DNA of 64,000 nt from Armatimonadota bacterium (GTDB lineage Bacteria; Armatimonadota; UBA5829; DTLH01). Under the pieces are notes generated by a model. It saw nothing but the letters and a program-made list of their open reading frames with translations. It searched no databases and had not been told where the DNA came from. How positions within the stretch are numbered: the stretch's first letter is position 1; each line of letters opens with the position of its first letter. The stretch spans positions 64,001 through 128,000 of the forward strand of contig JBBRAE010000004.1 in the NCBI GenBank assembly GCA_038207085.1, read 5' to 3'. A program made the translations under genes and the position numbers. Below are positions 38,496-48,198 of the stretch, piece by piece.

Positions 38496-40343
38496 ATGAC
38501 ACATCTTTACGTTGACACTGATGGCTGCGACTTCGGCGACGGTTCTGTAGATCGTCCGTTTGCCACGCTTGAACGCGCGAGGGATGCAGTTCGTGGGCTT
38601 AGGGACGTGACTGTCGTTCTACGGGGCGGGATCCATTATCGGAGAGAACCATTCCTGCTAGGCAGAGAGGATTCCGGTGTCGTCTACACAGCAGCGATGG
38701 GAGAAGATGTTCGGCTGTCCGGTGGGGTCGGGCTGAGCGCTTTTCGACCGGTTTCCGACCCGGAAGTGCTTGCACGGCTCGATCCGGCGGCGAGGGATTA
38801 CGTGATGGAGGTCGATCTTCGCGCGGCAGGCGTCTCAGAGATCGGCGACATCGTGTCCAGAGGTTTCGACAGGCCGATCAGGCCGGCGCACTCCGAGTTG
38901 TTCTTCGGCGGCCGACGGATGCACCTCGCCCGATGGCCGAACGACGGCGACGCGAAGATCGCTGGCGTTCCATCCGATCAGGCTGTGGACGATGGCCACG
39001 GGCGGGACATCGGCAAGCTTGAAGACGGATTCTACTACGATACAGACCGCCTCTGCCGATGGTGTGACACGTCAGACATCTGGATCCACGGCTTCTGGGC
39101 CTGGGAATGGGCCAACTCCTACGAACAGATAGATGTGCTCGACCCAGAGAGGCAGTTTATCCGCGCGAAGCCGCCGTATGGGCTCTATGGCTACAGGCCT
39201 GGCGGCCGCATCTTCTTTATCAACATCCTCGAAGAACTGGATCAACCCGGCGAGTACTTCATCGACCGTAAGCGCGAAATGCTCTACTTCTGGCCGCCGG
39301 AGCCGGTGGACAAGGTGGACGTGACGCTGTCCGTGATGAGCGGTCCGCTCGTGCAGATGGAAGGCACGTCGGATGTGGTAATTCAGGGAATCACTCTAGA
39401 AGCGACTCGTGGAAGCGCGATTGAGATGTCGGGAGGTCGGAAAAACTCGATAGAGGACTGCACGATCCGACAGATCGGCAACTGGGCGGTGCTCGTGAAC
39501 GGCGGGGCTGAACACTCGGTGGTAAGGTGTCACATACACGAGATCGGCGACGGAGGCATAAATCTCATCGGCGGCGATCGCAAAACGCTCGAACCGGGCG
39601 GGCATGTGGCCGAAGGAAACCACATTCACGACTACGGCCAGTGGTCCAAGTGCTACCAGCACGCAATATGGCTGGTTGGTGTCGGCGGTAGGGCGGCGGA
39701 TAACCACATCCACGACGGTCCTCACTGCGCCATCCAGATCAATGGGAACGATCACATCATCGAGTGCAACGAAATCCATCACGTCTGCATGGAAAGCGGA
39801 GATGTTGGGGCGTTCTACATCGGCCGGGACTATTCCTACTGCGGCAACGTCGTCAAAGACAATCATTTCCACGACATCGGTGGCTTTGGCGGCGACAGCA
39901 ATGTGATCTATCTGGATGACTGCGCAAGTGGCGTCGAGATCACGGGAAACAGGGTGGAGCGCGCCAACACCGGCGTACGGGTTGGCGGCGGACGAGACAA
40001 TATAATTACGGGCAACATCTTCCGGGGCTGCAAGCACGGCATCTATGTCGATTCGCGCGGCACGGTTGAATCGCCGACGTGGCACGACATGGTCTACGTC
40101 ACTATGAGGGAGCGACTGGAAGCGATGGACTATCTCAGACCTCCTTACAGCGAGCGATACCCGCGCGTGCTCGACATCGCGAAATACCTGATCCCCGAAG
40201 AACCCGGGGTGCCGCCGGAGGGAAACGTTATCCGACGAAACACCTTTGCCTGCGAGCGCCCGATAGTCACCACTGACTGGAATCCGGTCCCGGATGGGAT
40301 GCTGGATATAGGCGACAACGCCTACGAGGAAACACGACACTAG
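38496..40343 (+). CDS. Right-handed parallel beta-helix protein (GH141-like architecture)
   Basis: DGSVDRPFATLERARDAVR, LARWPN, EELDQPGEYFIDR, repeated N.IH motifs; GGAGG RBS. Confidence 0.85.
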   Translation: MTHLYVDTDGCDFGDGSVDRPFATLERARDAVRGLRDVTVVLRGGIHYRREPFLLGREDSGVVYTAAMGEDVRLSGGVGLSAFRPVSDPEVLARLDPAARDYVMEVDLRAAGVSEIGDIVSRGFDRPIRPAHSELFFGGRRMHLARWPNDGDAKIAGVPSDQAVDDGHGRDIGKLEDGFYYDTDRLCRWCDTSDIWIHGFWAWEWANSYEQIDVLDPERQFIRAKPPYGLYGYRPGGRIFFINILEELDQPGEYFIDRKREMLYFWPPEPVDKVDVTLSVMSGPLVQMEGTSDVVIQGITLEATRGSAIEMSGGRKNSIEDCTIRQIGNWAVLVNGGAEHSVVRCHIHEIGDGGINLIGGDRKTLEPGGHVAEGNHIHDYGQWSKCYQHAIWLVGVGGRAADNHIHDGPHCAIQINGNDHIIECNEIHHVCMESGDVGAFYIGRDYSYCGNVVKDNHFHDIGGFGGDSNVIYLDDCASGVEITGNRVERANTGVRVGGGRDNIITGNIFRGCKHGIYVDSRGTVESPTWHDMVYVTMRERLEAMDYLRPPYSERYPRVLDIAKYLIPEEPGVPPEGNVIRRNTFACERPIVTTDWNPVPDGMLDIGDNAYEETRH

Positions 40344-40368
40344 CGAGGTACTAATGCAGACAGTTTTC

Positions 40369-40430
40369 TATGCTTCGGTGCGTTCTTTGGAGCCGAAGCC
40401 CTCTGATCGGCGATAGTGGCGGCTGTCATT
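40369..40430. repeat. Right 62-bp direct repeat of the islet
   Basis: Matches 36569-36630 at an offset of 3800. Confidence 0.9.
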
Positions 40431-40482
40431 GAGGTTGAAGCTCATCGAAGCACATGACTTGGGGCGAAGGCTCGCAAGTGAC

Positions 40483-40522
40483 GCAAAAACGGCAGGCCTC
40501 ATCACTCTGAACAAGACCTGCC
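40483..40522 (-). terminator. Intrinsic terminator
   Basis: Minus strand CGGCAGG...CCTGCCG-TTTTT. Confidence 0.7.
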
Positions 40523-40538
40523 GCGTTGGTTCGTTTAG

Positions 40539-41615
40539 TTAGACAGACTCAAGCGACTTTTCTTCGGCGGCCTCTTCCAGAAGCGGGATATACGGGGCCA
40601 TCGCGAGCTGCGCGAGTAGGCAGCAGACGGTGGACTCGGCTCCCTGGTTCAGGTTGGGGCCGGACGGCGCGAGTGCGTCGAAGCAGCCGCCGGTGACTGG
40701 GTCGTAGAGCGCTTCCCCGATGCTGTTAGCGCCAAAATACCAGTCGAAACAGATCTTCGCATGGTCCAGATAGTGCCTGTCCTCGGTCACGTCGTATGCC
40801 GAAAGGTTCGCCATCAGCGACGCCATCGGGTCTACCGGTTGCTGGTCATACCAGGCCCGGTCCTCGCCTTCCCAATACCAGCCATTGCACCCAATCGGCT
40901 GATGGATGCCGTCGATGTTGGTCACCTTGTTCAGGAAGTCGATACTCTCCCTGGCGACGTCGAGGTGCTCCTGCTTGCCCGTGATCTGGTAGGCAAGAAA
41001 AAGCGCGCGCGGCGGGATGCCGTTTGAATAGGTCATATACGGCTCAAACCAAGTCCACTCGGGCTTGGCGTACCCACGGAATATCGCGCACATGTCGTCG
41101 GCGAGTTTGCTCAGGTGGCCTTTGACCGCCTCGGCGTTGGGATCGGACTGCATATAGAAGTAAGTCCCAAGCGCGGAGTAGGCTTTGCCTCGAAGCGTGG
41201 CGATGGTGGGGATCCACTTGATCGCGTCGTCAAAGAGCCTTCGGGCTACTTTCTTCACGTTTTCGTGAATATTTGCCGCAAGCGCCTCGCCGCACGCCCA
41301 CAGGACGCGTCCGAAACAGTCCTCGCTTCCTTCGTCGTCCAGGAATATCTGGTCGAAGCTCATGAAGTTGTGGAACCGTCTGCTCGGCGTCTGCGCGTAG
41401 TGCAGGAAGCTCAAATACGTGCTGACGAGCTGCAGGAGCCTTCGGTCGCGGGTGCGCTCATAGTCATGAATCGCGGCGATCAGGGCACGTGCGTTGTCGT
41501 CGGTCGTGTAACCCGTGCGTCGGTTAGGGATCGAAAAAATCGCGTGCTGGATGATCCCTGTTCGATCGGTCAGGGTTTCCAGGTGCTCAAGCACAATCGG
41601 CGGGTAATCTTTCAC
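40539..41615 (-). CDS. GT4-associated six-hairpin-glycosidase-like protein
   Basis: GIIQHA, GYTTDDNARAL, SEDCFGR, YDQQP, NQGAEST; GTGA overlap with the upstream gene. Confidence 0.8.
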   Translation of the reverse strand: MKDYPPIVLEHLETLTDRTGIIQHAIFSIPNRRTGYTTDDNARALIAAIHDYERTRDRRLLQLVSTYLSFLHYAQTPSRRFHNFMSFDQIFLDDEGSEDCFGRVLWACGEALAANIHENVKKVARRLFDDAIKWIPTIATLRGKAYSALGTYFYMQSDPNAEAVKGHLSKLADDMCAIFRGYAKPEWTWFEPYMTYSNGIPPRALFLAYQITGKQEHLDVARESIDFLNKVTNIDGIHQPIGCNGWYWEGEDRAWYDQQPVDPMASLMANLSAYDVTEDRHYLDHAKICFDWYFGANSIGEALYDPVTGGCFDALAPSGPNLNQGAESTVCCLLAQLAMAPYIPLLEEAAEEKSLESV

Positions 41616-42946
41616 AGTTTATTAGCCTCTACCATAGCGCCGTCCGGCAGCGATCGCTCGGGCTGCGTTCTCAAGAGGACTCTATGGAACATATCGAGAT
41701 AGTCGATTCCGATGTTAAACCACGCTGTTCTGCGACCATACTTGTAAGCCAGGTCTTCCATCTTCTGCTTCTTCTCGGGGTTGTCGAGAAGGTCGATGAT
41801 GGCGTCGGCCATCGAATCGGGGTTTTTGAAGTCCACAAGCTCGCCGCGGCCCTCGGAGAGAATCTCCTCGGCGTACAGATACGGCGTGGAGACGATCGCC
41901 TTGCCGCATCCGACGGCGTAGGCAAGCGTGCCGCTCACGATCTGGTCTTTGTTCAGGTACGGTGTGATGTAGACATCAGTTGCGCACAGATACCGAACGA
42001 GTTCGTTTAGCGCGAGGAACCTGTTGTTGAATCGCACATTGTTCGTGAGGTCAAGATTCTTTACGAGGTCAAGCAGGTGGTTTCGGTAGCTTTCACCTTC
42101 CCACTCGCGGACCCCGGGGTGCGTCTCGCCAAGCACGAGGTAAAGCGCGTTCGGGTATTTCTTCTTGACCCTCGCAATTGCCTCGATTGCAAACTCGATG
42201 CCCTTGCCGCGGTTGATCAGCCCGAATGTGGAGATGACCTTGCGGTCGGCGATGCCGAGCGCGCGCTTGACCGAGTTGGTTGAAACCTTGTGCACGTTTG
42301 GAACGCCGTGCGGGATGATGGTGATCTTTTTAGGATCGATCCCGTAGGTGTCCATCAGAATCTGGCGTCCCATCTTGACCATGACGACCATCACCTCGCA
42401 ACGCTCTGCAAGGCCCTGAAGCACACGCTTCTGCTCTGGGTCAGGGTTGTTCAAGACGGTATGGAGGGTCGCGACGGCAGGTTTCTTGAGCGCGTCGATC
42501 AGATCAAGCACATACTCTCCGGCGCTTCCGCCGTAGATGCCGTACTCGTGCTGGATGCTCACGATGTCCACGCTTGAGTCGTTGAGAAATTTCGCCGCGT
42601 CAAGATAGCTCTGGCGGTCGTCGCGCATGATCTGGCTTCGCACGATCCGCCCGTAGGGCTCGATCTCCTGCGAACGCTTCATAGCGACGACGGTAGGCTT
42701 CGAGAATGGGGTATATTTGGCGACCGACTGGACAACGTCCTGGGTAAACGTGGCGATCCCACACTCAGTTGGGGGATAAGTCGCGACGTACGCAGGCTCA
42801 ATATTGTTCATCGACTCCTTAAGGAAGCCGAATAGCTTGCTGTCCTCTGTCTTTAGCCATCTAACTTCGTCCCGAAGAACATAGTCCTCAGGGACATCTG
42901 TGTCATACGGGACCTTCGGGGCGTCCTTTTCTTTATCGTTAGTCAT
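41612..42946 (-). CDS. Glycosyltransferase family 4
   Basis: TYPP.ECGIATFT, QHEYGIYGG, GKGIE, SGTLAYAVGCG. Confidence 0.92.
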   Translation of the reverse strand: MTNDKEKDAPKVPYDTDVPEDYVLRDEVRWLKTEDSKLFGFLKESMNNIEPAYVATYPPTECGIATFTQDVVQSVAKYTPFSKPTVVAMKRSQEIEPYGRIVRSQIMRDDRQSYLDAAKFLNDSSVDIVSIQHEYGIYGGSAGEYVLDLIDALKKPAVATLHTVLNNPDPEQKRVLQGLAERCEVMVVMVKMGRQILMDTYGIDPKKITIIPHGVPNVHKVSTNSVKRALGIADRKVISTFGLINRGKGIEFAIEAIARVKKKYPNALYLVLGETHPGVREWEGESYRNHLLDLVKNLDLTNNVRFNNRFLALNELVRYLCATDVYITPYLNKDQIVSGTLAYAVGCGKAIVSTPYLYAEEILSEGRGELVDFKNPDSMADAIIDLLDNPEKKQKMEDLAYKYGRRTAWFNIGIDYLDMFHRVLLRTQPERSLPDGAMVEANKL

Positions 42947-42984
42947 AGTCCTTCCTGGGGCTTAGGCGTGCAGCACGGAAACGA

Positions 42985-43356
42985 TTAGTGCTGTGTACCC
43001 TTCGGTGTGGCGAGCGCAAGCGCCGCCTCGGATTCGCTGTCGAAGATCGGGAAGACCTTCTCAAGACCGGTAATTTCGAAAACCTTGCGGATCTGAATGC
43101 TGCTTGCAACTACGGCGATTCTGCCGCTGTGCTCGCTTGCCCTCTTCAGCCCACCGACCAGCGTACCAAGGCCAGAGCTGTCGATATACTCGACTTCGGC
43201 CATGCTTATGACTACGTTGGGGTTTCCCTGCTCGATGATTTCTATCATAGCGTCACGAAGCATGGAGCAGGTGTAAGCGTCCACTTCGCCAATCAATTGG
43301 ATTACGGGGATTCCTTCTGCCGTCCTTGTGACGATGCGAAGATCCATCTCCATCAT
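42985..43356 (-). CDS. STAS anti-sigma-factor antagonist (RsbV-like)
   Basis: GEVDAYT, VEYIDSSGLG, VFEITGL; GAGGAG RBS. Confidence 0.92.
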   Translation of the reverse strand: MMEMDLRIVTRTAEGIPVIQLIGEVDAYTCSMLRDAMIEIIEQGNPNVVISMAEVEYIDSSGLGTLVGGLKRASEHSGRIAVVASSIQIRKVFEITGLEKVFPIFDSESEAALALATPKGTQH

Positions 43357-43884
43357 TTCAGGCACTCCTCTCAAAGTAGATGACGTGAAAGAATGTCGGC
43401 AATATACTGTGGTCCAAACAGGGCAATGCCGTGAAGGGATCAGCATGTAACGCAGCGACGAGTTCTCCAGTAGTGCTCTATTATTCCGCGTATACGCTGC
43501 GACTGAAACATACCCCCGCGTCAGTCTACGGACGGCTTGAGTTTATCACCCGAACGGACTTAATGTCAAGCTTCACGAACGGGGTGGGGAGAGCTGTTAG
43601 CTATTAGCTGTCAGCATTTTGCTTCGGACTCTTGTCACGCACCTGTCTCTCTTAACTTCGGTATAATTACCTGGGGTCTGGAGGCCTTTTCTGGAGCGGG
43701 GTGTGGATTTTTTGATCGTGCATTGATCGTGCCGTGTCTCCAGACGCGGCACGCATATTTGAGGGGTCTTCTGACCCCGATTCATGCGCTGCGGGGTCAG
43801 AGACCCTGGGAATGTCCGCACCGAGTCTGGAGACTCGGTGCGATCTATATCGGTGAACCGGTGCGATCGGTTCTCAGCTGAAAC

Positions 43885-44691
43885 TCAACTCTGTTCCGCG
43901 CCGGGGACGGGTTGTCCGGTCGGCTGGGTGTCGCCATTGGTCGATTCCGGGTTTGACGGCGGCCTGTTTCTTAGAATCCTGGAGGCGATGATCGCAACCA
44001 CTATGATCGTTCCAAGGGCGATCCAGATACCCATCGGCACGATCGGTCCCCAGCGGGTCAGCATGAAGTCGACCCGGCCAATCAGGAGCGACATCCTCGC
44101 CATAACCGTAGCGCCGAACATTGCGCCGAAGGCGAACATCAGCATCCAGCGCCCGAGGGTCGCCATCTTTCGGACCGAGGGCGCTTTGTGGTCGATCGAG
44201 AAGAAGAAGTAGGCCATGACAGTCACAAGCACCGCCACAAAGATGATATTGTTCACCATCGAGGACCACGGAGCGCCGGGGACGGGGAGGACCGGCTTGA
44301 ACGACGCCCGCATCATCGGGATGTAGTTGTTCGCGAAGTTCTGGAAGATCATTCCCGCGCTAAGGCCCATAAACAGGCCCATAATGATCCGCGCCACCCA
44401 TGAATGCCGCTGGCTGTAGATGAAGTAGAACATCAGCCCTGGAATAAGCGCAAGCGCCCACCACCACTGGCCCTTGATGGTCATAGCTTCCCACCACGTG
44501 GGTTTCAGGAGCTCAGACCAGGTGACGTAGATGATCTGACCGGCGGCCAGGCCGATGAATATGTGCTCAAATAGCCGGTAAAGCGCGTTTTCTCTGTAGA
44601 GAATCGAGAATATCGCAAAGGTGCAGATCGCGCCTATCCAGTATATGATATATGTCTTGTTCGCCGCTAGAGCGTCAGCAAATCCGTCCAA
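43885..44691 (-). CDS. Uncharacterised integral membrane protein (DUF6754-cluster)
   Basis: About 8 hydrophobic helices; LYRENALYRLFEHIFIG; FGAMFGATVMARMSLL. Confidence 0.75.
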   Translation of the reverse strand: MDGFADALAANKTYIIYWIGAICTFAIFSILYRENALYRLFEHIFIGLAAGQIIYVTWSELLKPTWWEAMTIKGQWWWALALIPGLMFYFIYSQRHSWVARIIMGLFMGLSAGMIFQNFANNYIPMMRASFKPVLPVPGAPWSSMVNNIIFVAVLVTVMAYFFFSIDHKAPSVRKMATLGRWMLMFAFGAMFGATVMARMSLLIGRVDFMLTRWGPIVPMGIWIALGTIIVVAIIASRILRNRPPSNPESTNGDTQPTGQPVPGAEQS

Positions 44692-44703
44692 GTGAGAAAA
44701 CCC

Positions 44704-45561
44704 CTATCTTCCGGCCCCGCGCCGTGAAAGCACGTAGCCGATGTTTCCAAGCACGATGAGCGCCATCATCAGGATGTGCGAAGTGGAAAGCGCGCCCTTA
44801 GCTCTGGTCGCAAACCCCTGCACGTGGAGAAGCTGTTCGTACTGCGTCGCTCCGATAAGCCCCGGGAGCATGCCGACGATCTGGTGGGCGTCGAGGTAGT
44901 TGTAGGCCTCTGGAGCCATAACCGCGGTCGGGCAGTAGGCGATCGGCACCCGGTAGGGCTGGCCCATATAGCCGATCCAGAGCGGTAGCGTCGCAGAAGG
45001 CGTGATTTCGACGATCAACCCGACGTTTCGCGCGGATTTTATTCCCTTCATCATCGGGATATCGGAGAGTTTTGTCCCGTTGCGGTCGGTTTTGAGCTGG
45101 CCGACCATGTCCACGCTCATCCCCTGGATGATCAGGTCCATGTAGCCACTCGGTCTCCAGCCTATCGCGACCCAGTCCTTGCCGTATACCTTGCCCATCT
45201 CTTTGGCGATGGTGTTCACTGTGTCGTAGGCAAGAGTCGTCCCCTGCTGGTCAAAGGGCAGGAGCATGAAGGGAACGCCCTTCTGGAACATATGCCGCGC
45301 CATCACTTCGGTCTGCGGCCTGTTCTCTGGGTCCGTGCTCGCCGACCAGATGATCGACATAACGGCGATCTTGCCCTTGGGGACCTTCTCCACGGCGTCG
45401 TAGACTCCCCTTACCTCCTGGGAAACCGGGAGCTGCGGGTTTGGGACGACCTTGTTTAGGACCGGGAAGTAGACCGTCATCATCGGGATCGCGACTACCA
45501 CAAGGAGCAGCACGTAAATGATCCTTCGGTCAATATTTTGAATGTTTATAAGAAATCTCAT
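44704..45561 (-). CDS. Uncharacterised protein with N- and C-terminal TM anchors and a soluble alpha/beta domain
   Basis: IDRRIIY N-terminus; TAVMAPEAY.Y...QIVGML.GL.GA.QYE. Confidence 0.75.
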   Translation of the reverse strand: MRFLINIQNIDRRIIYVLLLVVVAIPMMTVYFPVLNKVVPNPQLPVSQEVRGVYDAVEKVPKGKIAVMSIIWSASTDPENRPQTEVMARHMFQKGVPFMLLPFDQQGTTLAYDTVNTIAKEMGKVYGKDWVAIGWRPSGYMDLIIQGMSVDMVGQLKTDRNGTKLSDIPMMKGIKSARNVGLIVEITPSATLPLWIGYMGQPYRVPIAYCPTAVMAPEAYNYLDAHQIVGMLPGLIGATQYEQLLHVQGFATRAKGALSTSHILMMALIVLGNIGYVLSRRGAGR

Positions 45562-45579
45562 TTAGCGATTACCTGCCGC

Positions 45580-46887
45580 CTACTTGTCGAAATACGCGCC
45601 GCGCTCGAGACTGAGCCAGATTCTAAGACCCATAGCAAGCGCGCCTACACCGATGCCAAACGCCATCCCCCGCTGTGCGGCGGCGTTCGGGATTTCCATA
45701 ATCCAGCCCCGAATGATGTCGAGATGCAGGAACGAAAGGCTCGCCGGGAGCCCGCTTGTAAGCCATATACCGAACGGGACGAACCCGAGCATAACCAAAA
45801 ACGCAGCGATCATCATAAGCGCCGCCTCAGCCGAGCGAATGCGAAACGCTCTGTAAGCCGCCGACACGATGTAGAATGCGACCATCGCGAACATCGAAGC
45901 CTGGAGCTGGGCGAGCCCGCCGTTAAAGAGCACGTCATACCAGGCGCTTCCAAGGGCTTTGGTGTTTCCTCCCGCCCTGCCGTAGGTCTGCATCATTCCA
46001 AAAACGATTATAGCAATGAACGCTACGAAGAAGGCGATACTGCTCGGCCACCCGAGCTTGTGCTTGGCGATCGTCTTGAAGTGGATCGAGAGCAGGTTGA
46101 TGATGCCAAGGAGCAGCGTGAAGCCTCCGATGACACTGCTGACGGTGCCGATCGTGTCTTTATAGCCTGTCAGAAAGTTCGACGACGCAGCGCCTGCGGC
46201 AAGCCCTGCCGACTCAGCCGCGACTGAAATATTCGCTGCGATCGCACCGATTTCTTCGGGAGAATCCGCCGTAGAAAGGCTGTTCTTGGCTGCGGTAGCC
46301 TCAGCAATCGCTCCTTCGGCCTGACCTGATGAGTCGCCTATCTCGGATATATGCTGCTGGATGATCTTTGTGCTCGCGTTGGGTTCAATCATCTTGTCCG
46401 TGAGACGGTGCTCTTTTGAAAAAGCGTTGGCGTTGTCGTTCGCGGTCTTCAGGTCGCGATTGAGATCGGGTTTCAGCTTATCGATCGAGACTCTGGCTTC
46501 GGTCAGGTCCTTGATCGCCGTGTCGAGCTCGCGTGTCGCGGTTGCGATGCGACCTGACTTCTGGCTTGCGCTCAGCTCATTCTTGGGGTAGGCAAGCGGC
46601 TGAAGCGTCTGCGCGGACTGCTGCAGGTGTCTCTGGGCTGCAATGAACCTCGAACGCGCCAACGACGTGTCGTGGGTGCCTGGGATGAAGAACTCGAGCA
46701 TATAGAACCATCCCGCAACAAACGTTGCGCCGATGATCAGTATCTTTCGATACTTTTGCGGCACACGCGTCAGCATGAATAAAAATGCGATTCCGATCAG
46801 AATCGAGCCGATCATATACGCGGCAAGCGCCACACCCTGCTTTGGCACAAATAGTGAAAAGGCCAGGCTGTTACCTAGTCCGATCAT
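45580..46887 (-). CDS. Uncharacterised integral membrane protein with a large Ala-rich soluble insertion
   Basis: FYIVSAAYRAFRIRSAEA, VMLG.VP, AAQRG..GIG; GGAG RBS before 46887. Confidence 0.75.
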   Translation of the reverse strand: MIGLGNSLAFSLFVPKQGVALAAYMIGSILIGIAFLFMLTRVPQKYRKILIIGATFVAGWFYMLEFFIPGTHDTSLARSRFIAAQRHLQQSAQTLQPLAYPKNELSASQKSGRIATATRELDTAIKDLTEARVSIDKLKPDLNRDLKTANDNANAFSKEHRLTDKMIEPNASTKIIQQHISEIGDSSGQAEGAIAEATAAKNSLSTADSPEEIGAIAANISVAAESAGLAAGAASSNFLTGYKDTIGTVSSVIGGFTLLLGIINLLSIHFKTIAKHKLGWPSSIAFFVAFIAIIVFGMMQTYGRAGGNTKALGSAWYDVLFNGGLAQLQASMFAMVAFYIVSAAYRAFRIRSAEAALMMIAAFLVMLGFVPFGIWLTSGLPASLSFLHLDIIRGWIMEIPNAAAQRGMAFGIGVGALAMGLRIWLSLERGAYFDK

Positions 46888-46900
46888 AAAGAACTCCAAG

Positions 46901-47698
46901 TTATCCCTTCTGGAACGCTTCGCGAAACACCACAAGCGCGTGCTCCATCGAAGGCCAGGTCGATACCGCAAGCACGCTTGCGGCGATGATTCCAAGCACG
47001 ATTATCCCAAGGATCACGGCCTTGCCGTAGTCCTGCCCGACAAGGCTTCCAAGAAGCGTGGGCTCACGCGAAAGATAGGCGCTTGCGGCGTAGTACTCAT
47101 CCCCGATGATCGTATAGTCGCACGTGGCGATAAAAAACGGTATCTGCGTGATCTGAGGCGTGCCCGCGATCTGGATCGCCCCGACCGTGCGCCCGTTTTC
47201 AGCCAGAATCAGCGCTTCAGCGAAGAAGTCGCCGAAGTAAAACACGGACGCGACCTGCTCGCGGTGCATCATACCGATCACACCCGAAGTGTAGGCGAAC
47301 TGGTTGTCCGGCATAAATCGAATGTCTTCGGGGTTGTAGGCGTCCGGGACACCCTCAGCCTCGTAAGCGTCGCGCGCCGACTCCTGGGTGATCGTGTATA
47401 GAATGGAGTCGAGCACCGGGACGATGATCCGTGCCCGATACTTGGCGGCGGATTTTATGACGTGCCCGAGGATCGAAAGCGCCTGAAGGCTTACGATGGA
47501 AAACCCGCTGATTCCCGGTGAAAAGATCATCGGTTTGCCCATCTCGGTTGCCCGGCCCACGGCTTCATCGATCGCCGAAAGCCCGGGGATTCTTCTGATA
47601 AAAAGCCTCCGGCCCGCGCGTGCGGACAGGATCTTGTAGAGAATCAGAAAGACCAGTATTCCCTCAAACAATATGATTGTCAGGTCGGCATGCTGCAT
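46901..47698 (-). CDS. DUF6754-like domain protein
   Basis: IRRIPGLSAIDEAVGRATEMGKP, QFAY, FFAEALILAE.G, QIPFF..CDY..IGDEYYAASAYL. Confidence 0.8.
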   Translation of the reverse strand: MQHADLTIILFEGILVFLILYKILSARAGRRLFIRRIPGLSAIDEAVGRATEMGKPMIFSPGISGFSIVSLQALSILGHVIKSAAKYRARIIVPVLDSILYTITQESARDAYEAEGVPDAYNPEDIRFMPDNQFAYTSGVIGMMHREQVASVFYFGDFFAEALILAENGRTVGAIQIAGTPQITQIPFFIATCDYTIIGDEYYAASAYLSREPTLLGSLVGQDYGKAVILGIIVLGIIAASVLAVSTWPSMEHALVVFREAFQKG

Positions 47699-47736
47699 TT
47701 GTTAGTTCAAAGTGCAGAGTTTAGAGTGGAGAGTGG

Positions 47737-47874
47737 GAAGCCCGATTGCCCGATCGTGCGCGATGTGTATCGCGCACGCAAAGAAGAATTAGGGAGTTCA
47801 CTCCCGATGAATTGACTGAATCCCCATTCACCTTTCTTCTGTTTCGGTCGAGATGAATATCCCGACCCCGATCA
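47737..47874. repeat. Family D, long inverted copy
   Basis: Reverse complement aligns with 9523-9678. Confidence 0.8.
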
Positions 47875-47898
47875 AGGTTCCACTTTACACTTTTAACT

Positions 47899-48198
47899 TT
47901 ACGCTTTACACTCCTTTTGTTCCGCCAATTCTTCTATACGCTGGATCAGGCGTTCAACGTTTTCGCGCACTTGCAGAAATCTGGTGAATCGGGCCATTTT
48001 CTGCGGGCCGAACAGTGGCCCGAGAAACGGCATTGCGACGACCATCGCCTGCCCGGCTACAAAGCTTAGAGGCTTGTGCATCTCAAGAAAGAGCACCGCT
48101 GGCACCTCCAGACGGTGCTTTGCGATGGTCGATGCGGCCTCCTCGATCACCTCTTGGGTTTCCTGCTCGCCGAGCGGTTCGCCTAGTTCATAAAACAT
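47899..48198 (-). CDS. Small hypothetical protein
   Basis: LEVPAVLFLEMHKPLSFVAGQ; overlaps the stop of the upstream gene. Confidence 0.75.
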   Translation of the reverse strand: MFYELGEPLGEQETQEVIEEAASTIAKHRLEVPAVLFLEMHKPLSFVAGQAMVVAMPFLGPLFGPQKMARFTRFLQVRENVERLIQRIEELAEQKECKA

